Below, in pieces: positions 1 to 9,934 of a stretch of 64,000 nt of DNA. Position 1 is the first letter of the stretch. Each line of letters opens with the position of its first letter. This DNA comes from a virus, in the UHGV virus genome UHGV-0279745; one strand, written 5' to 3'. Under the pieces are notes generated by a model. The model did not search any database, was not told where the DNA came from, and saw only the letters and a list, made by a program, of their open reading frames with translations. Both the position numbers and the translations under genes were made by a program.

Positions 1-576
1 AATGATCTGTCTGACGAACAACGTAAGAACTACGCTTTTCGTACTTTGGAAACGTTTAACAAACGCGAATACTGGGCGTATTATTTAAAACGCATCGACA
101 TGCGCGCTGTAAAAACCACCGATTACGATATCAGGCGTGAGAACGGTGTTGAGACCGTCGAAGACTTTGTGTACACAGACACGGAATTAAACCCCGTACC
201 GAAGGTATTGCCGGACTACGATTACGACGACGATGGCACCGTTGCAATCCCAGATGGCCGTTATGTGGAGTCAGGTGCTGACCTGGTTATTCCGTGGACA
301 GACTTTGATGTTCAGGAATATATGAACGTAACGAGCATTATGCGTGGTAGCCCGCGTAGTTCAATTATCTCTGAACTGGCGCTCTGCTCAGGGTTAGACC
401 AGGTCGCGTCCGGGGATTCTGCAACTGGGTCTAAATTCAGTTATAACGAGGCTATCGGTGTTCAGGCGTTGTACTATATTTCGATGTTTACCAACCTGGC
501 ACAGACGAATGACAAATTGTCTTTGACCATTCGTATCGGACAGCCTGCACCGTTCTTCCTGGGGACAGCTAACTGA
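1..576 (+). CDS. hypothetical protein (5' partial; ORF open to window edge)
   Basis: Frame 1 is open from base 1 to the stop at 574-576; the stop overlaps the next start (TGATG). No motif recognised. Confidence 0.5.
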   Translation, partial: NDLSDEQRKNYAFRTLETFNKREYWAYYLKRIDMRAVKTTDYDIRRENGVETVEDFVYTDTELNPVPKVLPDYDYDDDGTVAIPDGRYVESGADLVIPWTDFDVQEYMNVTSIMRGSPRSSIISELALCSGLDQVASGDSATGSKFSYNEAIGVQALYYISMFTNLAQTNDKLSLTIRIGQPAPFFLGTAN

Positions 577-1220
577 TGTTGATACCCGAGCCGAGACTTC
601 CAGATAAGATGGTAAGAATCGCGGCAATAGACCCCGGTACGAGCCATCTTGGTATGGCAGTATTGGATTGGGAATACGGCAGCGATCAAGCCGAAGTGGT
701 TTGGGCTGATACCATGCATGTATTAGACCCAACGCATCCAAATGCGTTTGCAGAGTGTGTCGGTAAGCGTGACGATCGTTTAGTTAAGCTCGAAGCTTGT
801 TACCGTGAATTTCTTCGGATTGCCTGCCCAACTTTCGTTGCAACAGAGACACCGTTTATGCGGAGAGCAAAACTCTCCGCTTATGAATCTGGTGTCGAAC
901 TACAATTAATGTTGCGACGTACTTTGTGGGACGTTTACCCGGAGAAAATTTTACACGGCTTCAATCCTATCATTGTAAAATCATTCGTTGGGGTGGAAGC
1001 GAAGGGGACGGATAAAACCGATATGTTTCGGGCCGTGACCAAGCTCTATCGCGAACATGCTTTGTTTGATATTACAACGTTAGATGAGCACAGTATTGAT
1101 GCTGTGGCGGTGGGAAATATTTTCGTCAGGGTAAATCTGTTAAACTTAAACAGCCTGCTACCGCCTAAACAAAAGTCGACTAAGACCTCCAGGCGGAGAA
1201 GGCGTCGGAGAAAACGATAA
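576..1220 (+). CDS. RuvC-like Holliday junction resolvase (putative)
   Basis: N-terminal IAAIDPGTSHLGMAV resembles the RuvC-fold catalytic motif; Arg-rich C-terminal tail (RRRRRRRKR); start overlaps upstream stop. Confidence 0.55.
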   Translation: MLIPEPRLPDKMVRIAAIDPGTSHLGMAVLDWEYGSDQAEVVWADTMHVLDPTHPNAFAECVGKRDDRLVKLEACYREFLRIACPTFVATETPFMRRAKLSAYESGVELQLMLRRTLWDVYPEKILHGFNPIIVKSFVGVEAKGTDKTDMFRAVTKLYREHALFDITTLDEHSIDAVAVGNIFVRVNLLNLNSLLPPKQKSTKTSRRRRRRRKR

Positions 1221-1798
1221 TGGAACCGAGCACACAAGCACTACCCACTGAAATACTTGACTTATTGATCCAAGCTGGAAACAGAAAGTTAAGTAAAGAA
1301 CAGTCTGAACAGTTAACGAAACTCTTGAAAGCGGCGTATGGGGATGATGTCGATGTTGACGTCACCCGTTCGGGAACAAAGATTCTTTCCGACTTACGCC
1401 CGACGCTAATCGATAACTTAGGCAAACTGTCAGAACAATTCCATCAGCAGGCAACTGACGCTGTGGAATCTCTAGGGGATGAGATTAGCAAAGAAACCAT
1501 GCTAACCTTATGGCCGAAATTATCCGCTCCCCAGAAGTTCATTATTGCCCTCCTGACGTTAGCGACGGTTGTTGTAACCGGTTTCCTGGGTTACGACACG
1601 CATCAACATTTTCCAGAAGACAGTTTAGATGTTCTGATTGTGACGTTGGTACCGTTCTTTGCGTTGGTTGTTTTTGCGACTTGGCCGATTAAAACGTTGG
1701 CTTATAAGTCTCTTGAGATAGCCACAAAAGTTGTTGAGAAGAAGCTTGAGAAATCAGGCCAGCTTAAGTCGAAGACAGAAAGCCCAACAACGAAATAA
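1220..1798 (+). CDS. predicted membrane protein
   Basis: Two hydrophobic helix-length segments (FIIALLTLATVVVTGFLGY; LIVTLVPFFALVVFATW); TAATG overlap with upstream gene; terminator follows. Confidence 0.55.
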   Translation: MEPSTQALPTEILDLLIQAGNRKLSKEQSEQLTKLLKAAYGDDVDVDVTRSGTKILSDLRPTLIDNLGKLSEQFHQQATDAVESLGDEISKETMLTLWPKLSAPQKFIIALLTLATVVVTGFLGYDTHQHFPEDSLDVLIVTLVPFFALVVFATWPIKTLAYKSLEIATKVVEKKLEKSGQLKSKTESPTTK

Positions 1799-1802
1799 CA
1801 TT

Positions 1803-1842
1803 AACCTCTACCTTCGGGTAGAGGTTACTTCTTTTTATTTTT
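1803..1842 (+). terminator. rho-independent terminator
   Basis: Perfect 10-bp stem (AACCTCTACC/GGTAGAGGTT) with TTCG loop, then T-run. Confidence 0.75.
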
Positions 1843-1887
1843 ACAATTTTTAAACATACTGTGAGACTTAAAAGAAGGAGTGCTATT

Positions 1888-2541
1888 GTGGAACCATTAC
1901 GCTTAATGACCAGAACGTTACTGATACCTATTCAGGACCTGAAGGTTGGACCGTTGGTCACCTCTAATGGGGAAATTGTTGATTTCGTTAAAGAGGAAAA
2001 AATTCTTACGGCGGCTTTTCAAGAGACGCTCCATCGCTATTATCGTGCAGTACCTTTATCCGGCAGTCTAGATTGTCCGGGTGTAGAGGGGAGTACGTCT
2101 GCGTTAATAGCGGAGCATTTAGAAAAGAAAGGGTTTGGAGTCGGGAAAGGACAGGTTTTTGTAGACACTGTCACACTGAACAAATACCAAAACGACCTAA
2201 TGTTACAGATAAGGAGATTACTTGCCCGTTATGGTCTGTTCTCGATTAATTGTAAGTTTGACGACGTTCGGATGTTAGACCACGGTTTTACTACCAGCCT
2301 TAAAATCTGTCGTGGTAAAAGATTCATACAGTTTACCTGGTGGGTGCCGTCCCTACGTGGTGAGAGAAAAACAGTGGAGGGGTTGTACGGTTGGGCTTTA
2401 TGGGCCGAAGTTCCAGTAACGAAACTCGATGCGATTATTCCACAGCATCGAAACGTTCCACTTAGCAGTTTATTTACTTCTGGTGGGAACACCACGTGGG
2501 ATGAATTTGTTAAAAACGTTTTATCGATAGGGGAACAATAA
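1888..2541 (+). CDS. hypothetical protein
   Basis: ORF 1861-2541; start moved to GTG 1888, which sits 8 nt after AAGGAG (1874-1879). Confidence 0.5.
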   Translation: MEPLRLMTRTLLIPIQDLKVGPLVTSNGEIVDFVKEEKILTAAFQETLHRYYRAVPLSGSLDCPGVEGSTSALIAEHLEKKGFGVGKGQVFVDTVTLNKYQNDLMLQIRRLLARYGLFSINCKFDDVRMLDHGFTTSLKICRGKRFIQFTWWVPSLRGERKTVEGLYGWALWAEVPVTKLDAIIPQHRNVPLSSLFTSGGNTTWDEFVKNVLSIGEQ

Positions 2542-3017
2542 TGCAGCAGTTAGATATTACCGAAGACAAAATTTCCGCTAAATTTCCTGAATTACGTGAA
2601 TACGTCAAAGACTTAAATTCGATTCGGGAAACGCCAGTTAGAATCACGTTGGCTGTTGAAGACGATATTACACATGGGGTTGCAATCTGGGAGCCGGGGA
2701 ATCTTATCTACCTGGTAGTGGCCGAAGGTTCTCGACGTAGCGGTGTAGGTTCCTTTTTACTGAAATACGTTCAACTTAATTCAGATCGTCAAATGGTGAT
2801 GTGTCGTGTCCATCCCTCAAACATAGACGGGCTGTGTTTCTTTTCCAAAAAAGGCTTCCAAATAGACCGATGGTTTATTGCCAGTGACTCCCGTCGGTAT
2901 TTTCGTATGACGAACAGTAACGTTGATTCGTCATACGCCCCGCCGGAAGAAGGATATTTGGTGGATTTTATTGAAAACACCCCCATCTTTCTCTCTGTTG
3001 CGGATAAGATTTATTAG
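2541..3017 (+). CDS. GNAT-like acetyltransferase (putative)
   Basis: RRSGVGSFLLKYV resembles the GNAT acetyl-CoA binding motif (R-x-x-G-x-G/A). Confidence 0.4.
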   Translation: MQQLDITEDKISAKFPELREYVKDLNSIRETPVRITLAVEDDITHGVAIWEPGNLIYLVVAEGSRRSGVGSFLLKYVQLNSDRQMVMCRVHPSNIDGLCFFSKKGFQIDRWFIASDSRRYFRMTNSNVDSSYAPPEEGYLVDFIENTPIFLSVADKIY

Positions 3018-3036
3018 AAACAGTTGAGAGCCCAAA

Positions 3037-3516
3037 ATGATTCGTGTCGAATATGAGACGCGGTGCTTGGAAGGCAATAAAGCAAAAGTGTTACGTTGCG
3101 TTGAAGTTATCCCCGCACACGAGGTTGATTTACGTACAGGTCGTGTTCGGGGAGTTCCTGTAACGATACTACAACATAATCCTTGTTCGCAATTTAAAGA
3201 GAAGGCAACTCCAGCAGTACGTTCTCGTCGTCGAGAGGACTTTTCTGATCTCCGCAAATCTTTTACACGGCACTACCGACGCAGTAAATGGAAAGTGTTG
3301 GTATTAATTTTAGTGGACGATTTTATTAAAGACTTGGTTTGGGAGGAGGTGCTAAAAGAGCGCGGTTTTACACCCAAACCTTTCTCGTATCACTGGGAAC
3401 GTTTCAAAAAGAAATATCGTGAAGCGCTATGGTTTTCGCCGAACACACGGAATATGATTCCGCGCTTAGAGTCGATGCCATGGCTACGCGATCATCTTGA
3501 TGAGGTAGACCGATGA
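3037..3516 (+). CDS. hypothetical basic protein
   Basis: Long ORF in a co-directional array; no motif recognised. Confidence 0.5.
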   Translation: MIRVEYETRCLEGNKAKVLRCVEVIPAHEVDLRTGRVRGVPVTILQHNPCSQFKEKATPAVRSRRREDFSDLRKSFTRHYRRSKWKVLVLILVDDFIKDLVWEEVLKERGFTPKPFSYHWERFKKKYREALWFSPNTRNMIPRLESMPWLRDHLDEVDR

Positions 3517-3905
3517 AACGAACTGTCATTACCCTATTTCTAACGTTACTTTCATTTTCCGCGTTCGCGGAATTTAAACCGCACGATATTAGTCGTTTTG
3601 AACCTACAGTGCCGGGCGATAAACCCGTCGTTTTTAAATCTACCGACCAGCCAGTTGTTGCAGTTCAAAACGATGAGTTCGCCACGGTAAATTACGGTAA
3701 AACCGAATTGTGCCCGGCAGGCGGCTACTATTTGGTAAACATCAAACGGCGTACATATCAGTTTGTTGATCCGGGTAGTTGTTCTGCCAGTGTAAAGGTA
3801 ACGTTAGAAACTGTACCCTACGCAAATAAAAGTATTAATGTTCAACGTTTAACTTTCTATGTTGGTGATGAGATCACCGCACGGTACCCATTATACGGGT
3901 ATTAG
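3513..3905 (+). CDS. secreted/periplasmic protein (signal peptide)
   Basis: N-terminus MKRTVITLFLTLLSFSAFA has signal-peptide character (basic n-region, hydrophobic core, AFA site). Confidence 0.55.
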   Translation: MKRTVITLFLTLLSFSAFAEFKPHDISRFEPTVPGDKPVVFKSTDQPVVAVQNDEFATVNYGKTELCPAGGYYLVNIKRRTYQFVDPGSCSASVKVTLETVPYANKSINVQRLTFYVGDEITARYPLYGY

Positions 3906-3928
3906 TGATTAACCCCCGCGGAGTTTGT

Positions 3929-4567
3929 ATGTCTTTTGTAATTGATTTTGAAGTTGGTCATAGACAGAACTTACTCAACCTCGTTAGTTACTGTAATAGC
4001 GGCAGTGTACGTAAAAAGCTTTCGGCTGAGAAAGTGGATGTTTCTTTAATAGGCGCACCCACACCGGAAGGTCGGTATCGAGTAAAGTTAACTAACCGCA
4101 ATGATATTAACGACGCGGTGATGATATCTTACACGAAACTTCAATTGAACGACTTTCTTGATATTCCCGGTAAGTATCTGGATTGGTTCGATTTCGAAAA
4201 CGGCCAACCTAAAAATTACGATAAATGGGCAGAGTCCGCGAAAGTGTCGGTGGAGAAGATGTGTCAAGACCGTGGTATGGTTTTGTCGCGTGCATGGGAC
4301 ACGGGCTCGCAGTGTCACGTTGAGTATGATGAGGATCTCGAGCGCTATGTGGTAATTTACGAATGTGATTCGTTTATTTATAGCGCACGAAATAGATTTA
4401 TTCTACCGCTTCATATTGGGCAAATTATTACGAATAAAACCCTTGACGGACTTAATTACAACAACGAACTGAATAAACGTCCTTTAGGGGGCTTAGATGG
4501 TGAGTTGGACGTCTGGATGGGCAAAGCGTTACTCGAGACCGTCGTTTTAAGTGGTTTAGAAGCGTGA
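3929..4567 (+). CDS. hypothetical protein
   Basis: ORF 3905-4567; ATG 3929 follows GGAG; terminator hairpin follows at 4581-4624. Confidence 0.5.
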   Translation: MSFVIDFEVGHRQNLLNLVSYCNSGSVRKKLSAEKVDVSLIGAPTPEGRYRVKLTNRNDINDAVMISYTKLQLNDFLDIPGKYLDWFDFENGQPKNYDKWAESAKVSVEKMCQDRGMVLSRAWDTGSQCHVEYDEDLERYVVIYECDSFIYSARNRFILPLHIGQIITNKTLDGLNYNNELNKRPLGGLDGELDVWMGKALLETVVLSGLEA

Positions 4568-4580
4568 TAACATCACCGAT

Positions 4581-4624
4581 AGGAGAGAACCCTGAAAAGG
4601 TTCTCTCCTGCTTTCTTTTTTTTT
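4581..4624 (+). terminator. rho-independent terminator
   Basis: 11-bp stem AGGAGAGAACC/GGTTCTCTCCT followed by a T-run. Confidence 0.75.
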
Positions 4625-4654
4625 CACTTCACAACTTCAGTATGGAGGTGACAA

Positions 4655-5203
4655 ATGTATAAAATTGCTATTATTGGTTCTCGAGAAACGCCCGAAGACA
4701 CGATGCATGAAATGTTGGATGTGTTGCAACGTGGGTTCAAAATTCTTCGTAATAAACAGCACAGTATCGAAACGCGGTCAGGCGGTTGTTACAAAGGACC
4801 AGACCAATTACAGTTTATGTTAGCACGTACTGAACCAGGTCCACATATTTGTTATTTGCCTGACGAACGTAAGTTGTGGTTACGTAAGTTACATCCGAAA
4901 GTGGATTTTCGCGTTATTCCACAAGACGTCCGTTATCGTGGGATTGTGGCATCGCTTCACCCTAATCCTGATAAGCTATCGGAAATAGCTTGGGCGTTGC
5001 ATGGACGAAACTTAAATATTGTATCCGGTGATTCTTTGGACGATCATGTAGACGCCGTCTATTATTACGCCGAGCATGATAAAAAGGGAAATCCAAAAGG
5101 GGGTACGGCGATGGGTGTTCGCTACGCACAGTCACTGAACATCCCTTGTTATTATCATGTTACGGATGCATCTAAGTGGTTAGAAGACCTACGCTTATTA
5201 TGA
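4655..5203 (+). CDS. SLOG/DprA-like Rossmann-fold protein (putative)
   Basis: IAIIGSRE...RSGGCYKGPDQ resembles the DprA/Smf/LOG (SLOG) nucleotide-binding core; weak, motif level only. Confidence 0.4.
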   Translation: MYKIAIIGSRETPEDTMHEMLDVLQRGFKILRNKQHSIETRSGGCYKGPDQLQFMLARTEPGPHICYLPDERKLWLRKLHPKVDFRVIPQDVRYRGIVASLHPNPDKLSEIAWALHGRNLNIVSGDSLDDHVDAVYYYAEHDKKGNPKGGTAMGVRYAQSLNIPCYYHVTDASKWLEDLRLL

Positions 5204-5253
5204 AGTTAGTCAGGGCGGGCTTCTCCCCGCTTTAGCTTAAAATGGGGTAAAGG

Positions 5254-6387
5254 ATGTCAACATTAGATTCCGATTTAGAAGTCCTTTGCGATGACTACGA
5301 TCGATTGGTCGCGTTAGAATCGCTTAATGTTAAAGACAATTATCCGGCGGTTGTCGCTATCCGAAAACGGTGGGCTTTAGATGATGTCCACGTTGCGTTG
5401 GAGTCTGCAGCGATGATGGAACGCGCGCAATTTGTTGCGGACACCGAACCTTACGCAGGGGTAGGTAAAGCGGTCGCACGCGCGACCGGCAGAGCGGTTA
5501 AGGGAGTTGGACGCGTTGCTGGAAAAGCAGCAGTGGCAGGAGCCAAAGCGTCTGGAAAATTCGCAGGTAAACATTCTAAGCAATTGGCCTTACGTTTTAT
5601 CGACTTCGCGGAAGCCGCCGGTAAAGAAGTTATTAATGAACTGAAAGAAGCGACGTCCAAAGCATCGTCGTTAGAGCGCAAGCTACAGAAGTTAGAAGCA
5701 CGTTTAAGTTTACTCGGTATCAAGGACACTTTAGAACCGGTTGACTGTGACACGGGAAGTTGGACAACCAAAGTTTGTTTAGAAGACAAGCCTAACGTAA
5801 AAGCATGTATTGAGTTCAGTAAGAACCTGAGTGCAATGGATGCGATGGTCAACGAGTATACCGTTAAAACACGTACGTTAATCGGTAAGAGCAAGAAAGT
5901 TACCGAGAGCGGTTTGGAGAAAGTGGGCCGGTCAACGAACTGGGCGATTAAACGAAGCGCAGGGCTGTTCGGTATTATCGATCCGTTTAAAACGGTGAAG
6001 GCATATCCGTGGCCAGGTAACGTGGTGGTCGTTGAACACAACAACGGTAAGATTGAGTGGGCGATTGCCCGCGATGGTGATTTTGGTCACACAATCAAAT
6101 CTCTAAACTTGCACGAAATCGGTTCAGCTCTCGACGCCGTTAGAAACATTATCCGAGCGTTACGTCAGCGTGGTACGAAACGGCGTAGTGTTGGTTATAC
6201 CGGTATTTACGATGAAATTCAACGTATGCGTAAGGAACTTAAGTCGCTTGAAGGGCGGGAGTTACGCGACGCTACCGTACGTTATAAAAACGCACTGCGT
6301 TTAGAAGATGCGTTTACTACCTCGTTAGTGCGCGTTGCGGAAGGGTTACTGGAGTGGTGCAGGTTGTCACTGATTGAGGTTAAATAA
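5254..6387 (+). CDS. hypothetical protein (Ala/Gly/Lys-rich N-terminal half, coiled-coil segment)
   Basis: 377-aa ORF; no catalytic motif recognised. Confidence 0.55.
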   Translation: MSTLDSDLEVLCDDYDRLVALESLNVKDNYPAVVAIRKRWALDDVHVALESAAMMERAQFVADTEPYAGVGKAVARATGRAVKGVGRVAGKAAVAGAKASGKFAGKHSKQLALRFIDFAEAAGKEVINELKEATSKASSLERKLQKLEARLSLLGIKDTLEPVDCDTGSWTTKVCLEDKPNVKACIEFSKNLSAMDAMVNEYTVKTRTLIGKSKKVTESGLEKVGRSTNWAIKRSAGLFGIIDPFKTVKAYPWPGNVVVVEHNNGKIEWAIARDGDFGHTIKSLNLHEIGSALDAVRNIIRALRQRGTKRRSVGYTGIYDEIQRMRKELKSLEGRELRDATVRYKNALRLEDAFTTSLVRVAEGLLEWCRLSLIEVK

Positions 6388-6854
6388 TGCGTATCACTAT
6401 TATTCTCAAACCCGACAGTAAATACGGAAAGTTATACGGAGATCAGGTACTCAAACTGCACAACATGTTGTTCGCAGAAGAGAAAGTGCGTATTAGTCAG
6501 TTAACCGGACGTGACACGTTCAACCCAATTGAACACTTAGAAGAGATCTGGCCCCAAGATTATCTCTGTGCCTGTGCCGTGGATGACAACGAACAGATTC
6601 TGGGTTTCATGACGTTCTCAATAGGTTCTTGCTCGAAGGACACGTTTGTTTATATTGGGAACTACTACGTGATTCCCGAAGCGCGTTCTCAAGGGGTGGG
6701 TCGTGCGCTTATGGACAAAGTACGTGAATACGGAAAGTCCAAAGGTTGTGGTTGGATGAGTTTGGATGTGTTGGACAACAACGTTAAAGCTATCTCCTTG
6801 TATGAGAAAATGGGATTCCGTACTGAATGCAGGGAAATGATAAAGGAAATCTAA
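6387..6854 (+). CDS. GNAT family N-acetyltransferase
   Basis: RSQGVGRALMDKV...YEKMGF matches GNAT motifs A/B; ATAATG overlap with upstream stop. Confidence 0.7.
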   Translation: MRITIILKPDSKYGKLYGDQVLKLHNMLFAEEKVRISQLTGRDTFNPIEHLEEIWPQDYLCACAVDDNEQILGFMTFSIGSCSKDTFVYIGNYYVIPEARSQGVGRALMDKVREYGKSKGCGWMSLDVLDNNVKAISLYEKMGFRTECREMIKEI

Positions 6855-6855
6855 A

Positions 6856-7488
6856 ATGGCTGCAAGATTCGTACCGTTTCACGACGGGTCTAGATATACT
6901 TTTGGTGTAGAGCGTTACGCTGTGGGTTTTCGTCCTGGTTGGAGAGTGGTACGAATCGATAAGGCGTGCTGGTATTTACCGACGGGCATTTTTGATTACT
7001 TTACACCTGAAGCTTTAACGCGGTTTGTTTCTCTGGGTTCTCCCACGCAACGTGCTGCGTGGGAAAAGAATATCCGTTGTCGATATTTAGGCAAAACAAG
7101 AAACGCCACAGTACGGGCAGTTTATCATGTTGGGAGCCGTTGGTTACACGTCGAACCAACACGTCCACGATGTGCAGTGACGCCCTTTAATGGGGAGTAC
7201 AAAGGTCAGGTATACACAGGGTTGCATTTTGCTTTTCCAGACAACCCCGATCTTAATTACTTCTTAGCCACCCCGAAAGACGTTACGTTAGCTACGTTCT
7301 ATAAATACCTTTTGTTCTATCCTGCGTATGTCGTTGCAGAATTTGAACACAAAGCATTTCCTCTGCCATACGGTAGAGACAGGAGATTAGCAGGATGTTC
7401 TATCGAGAACTTCAGCAATACACCGACGCTCTCCGAAAAGCGACCATCGATGCGGACAACAACCTCAGAGATGTCGTTAGCACTATAG
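6856..7488 (+). CDS. hypothetical protein
   Basis: 210-aa ORF; its 3' 94 nt overlaps the next ORF, so the true end is uncertain. Confidence 0.45.
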   Translation: MAARFVPFHDGSRYTFGVERYAVGFRPGWRVVRIDKACWYLPTGIFDYFTPEALTRFVSLGSPTQRAAWEKNIRCRYLGKTRNATVRAVYHVGSRWLHVEPTRPRCAVTPFNGEYKGQVYTGLHFAFPDNPDLNYFLATPKDVTLATFYKYLLFYPAYVVAEFEHKAFPLPYGRDRRLAGCSIENFSNTPTLSEKRPSMRTTTSEMSLAL

Positions 7489-7766
7489 AACAGTGTTCGG
7501 ATGTATTGTATGCGGAAACGATTGAATCGCCGTCTCATGACGGTGTGAAATCGCTCCAGCTACACGTTTGTAGTAAACACGGGAGTCTGTCGTTAAACTT
7601 CCGTGTAGGTTTAGATTATTACATGGTTCGTAAGAGCTATTTAAGTTGTGACGGCGACCTCTATCCGGTTGTCTGGAACAACGATTATTCTAAGTTTGTT
7701 TATCCGCTTGAAGAACACCGACGCACGGTTTATGAATTTGTGAAAGCTGTTCTTGAGGGGTTCTAA
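7395..7766 (+). CDS. hypothetical protein
   Basis: ATG 7395 is preceded by AGGAGA at 8 nt spacing. Confidence 0.5.
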   Translation: MFYRELQQYTDALRKATIDADNNLRDVVSTIEQCSDVLYAETIESPSHDGVKSLQLHVCSKHGSLSLNFRVGLDYYMVRKSYLSCDGDLYPVVWNNDYSKFVYPLEEHRRTVYEFVKAVLEGF

Positions 7767-7780
7767 GAGAGGGCCTTGTA

Positions 7781-8386
7781 ATGTCAGAGATGATTCTCGA
7801 TTCATTACTATTGATTACAGTATCGTATATCAACAAAACGGGCAAGTTGCCTAAACGTGGCGTTACTATCGAACGTGACGGGTTTAAACACCGCTATCCC
7901 TTAACGAAAATTTTGGATTTAGCTGCACGTTTAGCCAAGATGCGTCGACCGAATAGCGAAGCGGCTCCGAAATACGTATTGCTGGTTTTACAACGCGCGA
8001 TTTCTGAGGTGCGACGTAAACGTCGCCGTGCCGCGTTTCGATTTTATCCCAATTCGACGCAACAAGTGGTGGGGGAATACAACGATATGGTTGTCGATCT
8101 TCGTGCAGGTCGGAGTAATGTAACTGGGCTGGCGTATAACCGCCTTAAACGCATTCTGGACGACAGTGATGCTTTAACCACACCGCAAGAGGGTCAAGCG
8201 GCTCTAACGCTTCTACGTGGCACTGAGCTCGTTATTGTGGACACCGCCGTGGAGGCAGCAAGAATGCAACACTATCTTGCTAAACAAGGGTTAGTCTTGC
8301 TGTGCGTAACGTCTGCACAGGCTGCTAACCTCACCGCACCACAAACGTCTGAAGTGTGGAGTGATCCGATTGTTGATCACCAATAA
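7781..8386 (+). CDS. hypothetical protein
   Basis: 201-aa ORF followed by terminator 8394-8428. Confidence 0.5.
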   Translation: MSEMILDSLLLITVSYINKTGKLPKRGVTIERDGFKHRYPLTKILDLAARLAKMRRPNSEAAPKYVLLVLQRAISEVRRKRRRAAFRFYPNSTQQVVGEYNDMVVDLRAGRSNVTGLAYNRLKRILDDSDALTTPQEGQAALTLLRGTELVIVDTAVEAARMQHYLAKQGLVLLCVTSAQAANLTAPQTSEVWSDPIVDHQ

Positions 8387-8393
8387 AACCTTA

Positions 8394-8428
8394 CCCCTAC
8401 TTAACGGTAGGGGCGGGTTTCTTTTTTT
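8394..8428 (+). terminator. rho-independent terminator
   Basis: CCCCTAC-ttaacg-GTAGGGG followed by a T-run. Confidence 0.7.
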
Positions 8429-8514
8429 ACCCTAAATTTTATTACAGATTGATATTATCAATGTGACAACCGTAGTGAGTCGGTAACTCACCAATTTAAA
8501 AAGAGAGATAAATT

Positions 8515-9129
8515 ATGGAAATTAAGCGCTTTGAACTCCCTAACAACTACACTTTAGTTGAAGTTGCTGAAAATGAAATTGGCGAAAATAGAAAGAATGC
8601 GGGCTTTGTCTCGAAAAATTCGCTTTTGATTTATGAAGGTGAGAAATTAAAGTATACCGTTGGTCATCTCTTCACTGAAAATGGAAAACTCTGGGAATCG
8701 CAGTACGAAAGACTGTTGTCGAAATTCCGTTCCCAATTATTGTTGAGATACCTTCGCGATGAGGAAGACTATAAACTCTTTGTAACAAAAGAACAACTAT
8801 TGGCTGATAAATATCCCGCTTATACGGCATGTTTAGCAGCTCTTAAATTGGTCGGCGGTTATGAGGAGTTCGTGGCGGGCAGTAGCAATTTTGCTATCTC
8901 ACGACACAGAGATCGCGTTATCATCAAAGATTTTGAGGTGACCCATATACGTACCGTCACGCTCAGCCTCAAGCATCCTGAAAAGGTGAGTATCGATGAC
9001 CGGTACGTCGTTGCAAACAAGGCCATTTCTTTTACAGCGAAATACCATACCGTCGGTTACCCTACGAGTAAGGAAGTGTACGAAGAACGTAACCTTGAGA
9101 GCTTAATTTCCACATATTTTGAATTGTAA
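8515..9129 (+). CDS. hypothetical protein
   Basis: 204-aa ORF with AGAGAGA upstream; terminator follows. Confidence 0.55.
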   Translation: MEIKRFELPNNYTLVEVAENEIGENRKNAGFVSKNSLLIYEGEKLKYTVGHLFTENGKLWESQYERLLSKFRSQLLLRYLRDEEDYKLFVTKEQLLADKYPAYTACLAALKLVGGYEEFVAGSSNFAISRHRDRVIIKDFEVTHIRTVTLSLKHPEKVSIDDRYVVANKAISFTAKYHTVGYPTSKEVYEERNLESLISTYFEL

Positions 9130-9137
9130 GTAAAACT

Positions 9138-9164
9138 AAGGGGTGTTTTTACACCCCTTTTATC
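9138..9164 (+). terminator. rho-independent terminator
   Basis: AGGGGTG-ttttta-CACCCCT followed by TTTTAT. Confidence 0.6.
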
Positions 9165-9190
9165 TAAAAGCGCGTAAAGGTAAAACAATA

Positions 9191-9814
9191 ATGCTTAAGA
9201 CCGTGTCTATTGATGGTCCTGATTTTTCTGGGAAATCAACGTTGTGTAAAATGGTAAAAGCGATGTTGGAATCCGCAGGGTTAAAAGTTTGTATTCGGAA
9301 CCATCCGACGTCTGAAACCGAGGCAGGCATTCGTGCACGTAGCTTGGTTGTACAGTCTGCTTCGAAAACAAAAATTGCTGAAGCAATGTGTGATGACTTC
9401 CTTCACACGTTAGACCATGTTGTTGACGAGTATGATGTCGTTATTTTCGATCGCTTCTGTCCTTCAACGATCGTTTATCAGGGGACAGATGGTAAGGACG
9501 TGGTTTTCCAACGTAAGCTAACTCGTCATTTCCATACACCAGACCTTTATATTTGGACAGATGTTGATTACCCAACAGCGTTAGCGCGATTTAAGAAACG
9601 TGTAGAAGAACAAGGTAAGAATTGGGACGATGAGGTACTTACGGTTAAGTACCTAAAGGACAATCAATCTTGGGATGGCTTACGCGACCATTATCGTTTC
9701 GCGCATCACATCTTAACAGAAGGTGGTTGTCTTCACGCATTATTACCAGTAACGCAGAATGACGATTACCGTTTGAAAGCCGCTGAGATTGTTACGCACA
9801 TTTTAGCAAACTAA
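9191..9814 (+). CDS. dNMP/thymidylate-kinase-like P-loop kinase
   Basis: Walker A GPDFSGKST and a DR-containing segment (FDRFCPSTIVYQG) as in thymidylate/dNMP kinases. The ORF-track start 9143 lies inside the upstream terminator hairpin, so ATG 9191 is used. Confidence 0.6.
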   Translation: MLKTVSIDGPDFSGKSTLCKMVKAMLESAGLKVCIRNHPTSETEAGIRARSLVVQSASKTKIAEAMCDDFLHTLDHVVDEYDVVIFDRFCPSTIVYQGTDGKDVVFQRKLTRHFHTPDLYIWTDVDYPTALARFKKRVEEQGKNWDDEVLTVKYLKDNQSWDGLRDHYRFAHHILTEGGCLHALLPVTQNDDYRLKAAEIVTHILAN

Positions 9815-9820
9815 CCGCTT

Positions 9821-9858
9821 AGGTACCACCCAACGGTGGTACCTATATTTTATTTTTT
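9821..9858 (+). terminator. rho-independent terminator
   Basis: AGGTACCACC-caac-GGTGGTACCT followed by a T-rich run. Confidence 0.75.
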
Positions 9859-9899
9859 CTCAGATATATTTTACTTAGGTGAGAGTTATGATTAACTCT
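9854..9899 (+). promoter_or_regulatory. conserved promoter-like motif (copy 1) with downstream stem-loop
   Basis: TTTTTTCTCAGATATATTTTACTTAGGTGAGAG; one of four near-identical copies, each after a terminator and before a gene start. Confidence 0.5.
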
Positions 9900-9934
9900 T
9901 TACACCGACTTGTTAACCTAAAGGAGTATTTACA

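Noticed and set aside
5451-6044. 197-aa minus-strand ORF
   Set aside because: Fully embedded antisense in the 5254-6387 plus-strand gene, within a co-directional plus-strand array; no independent support.
9143-9190. ORF-track start at 9143 for the kinase gene
   Set aside because: It lies within the upstream terminator hairpin; ATG 9191 immediately precedes the P-loop.
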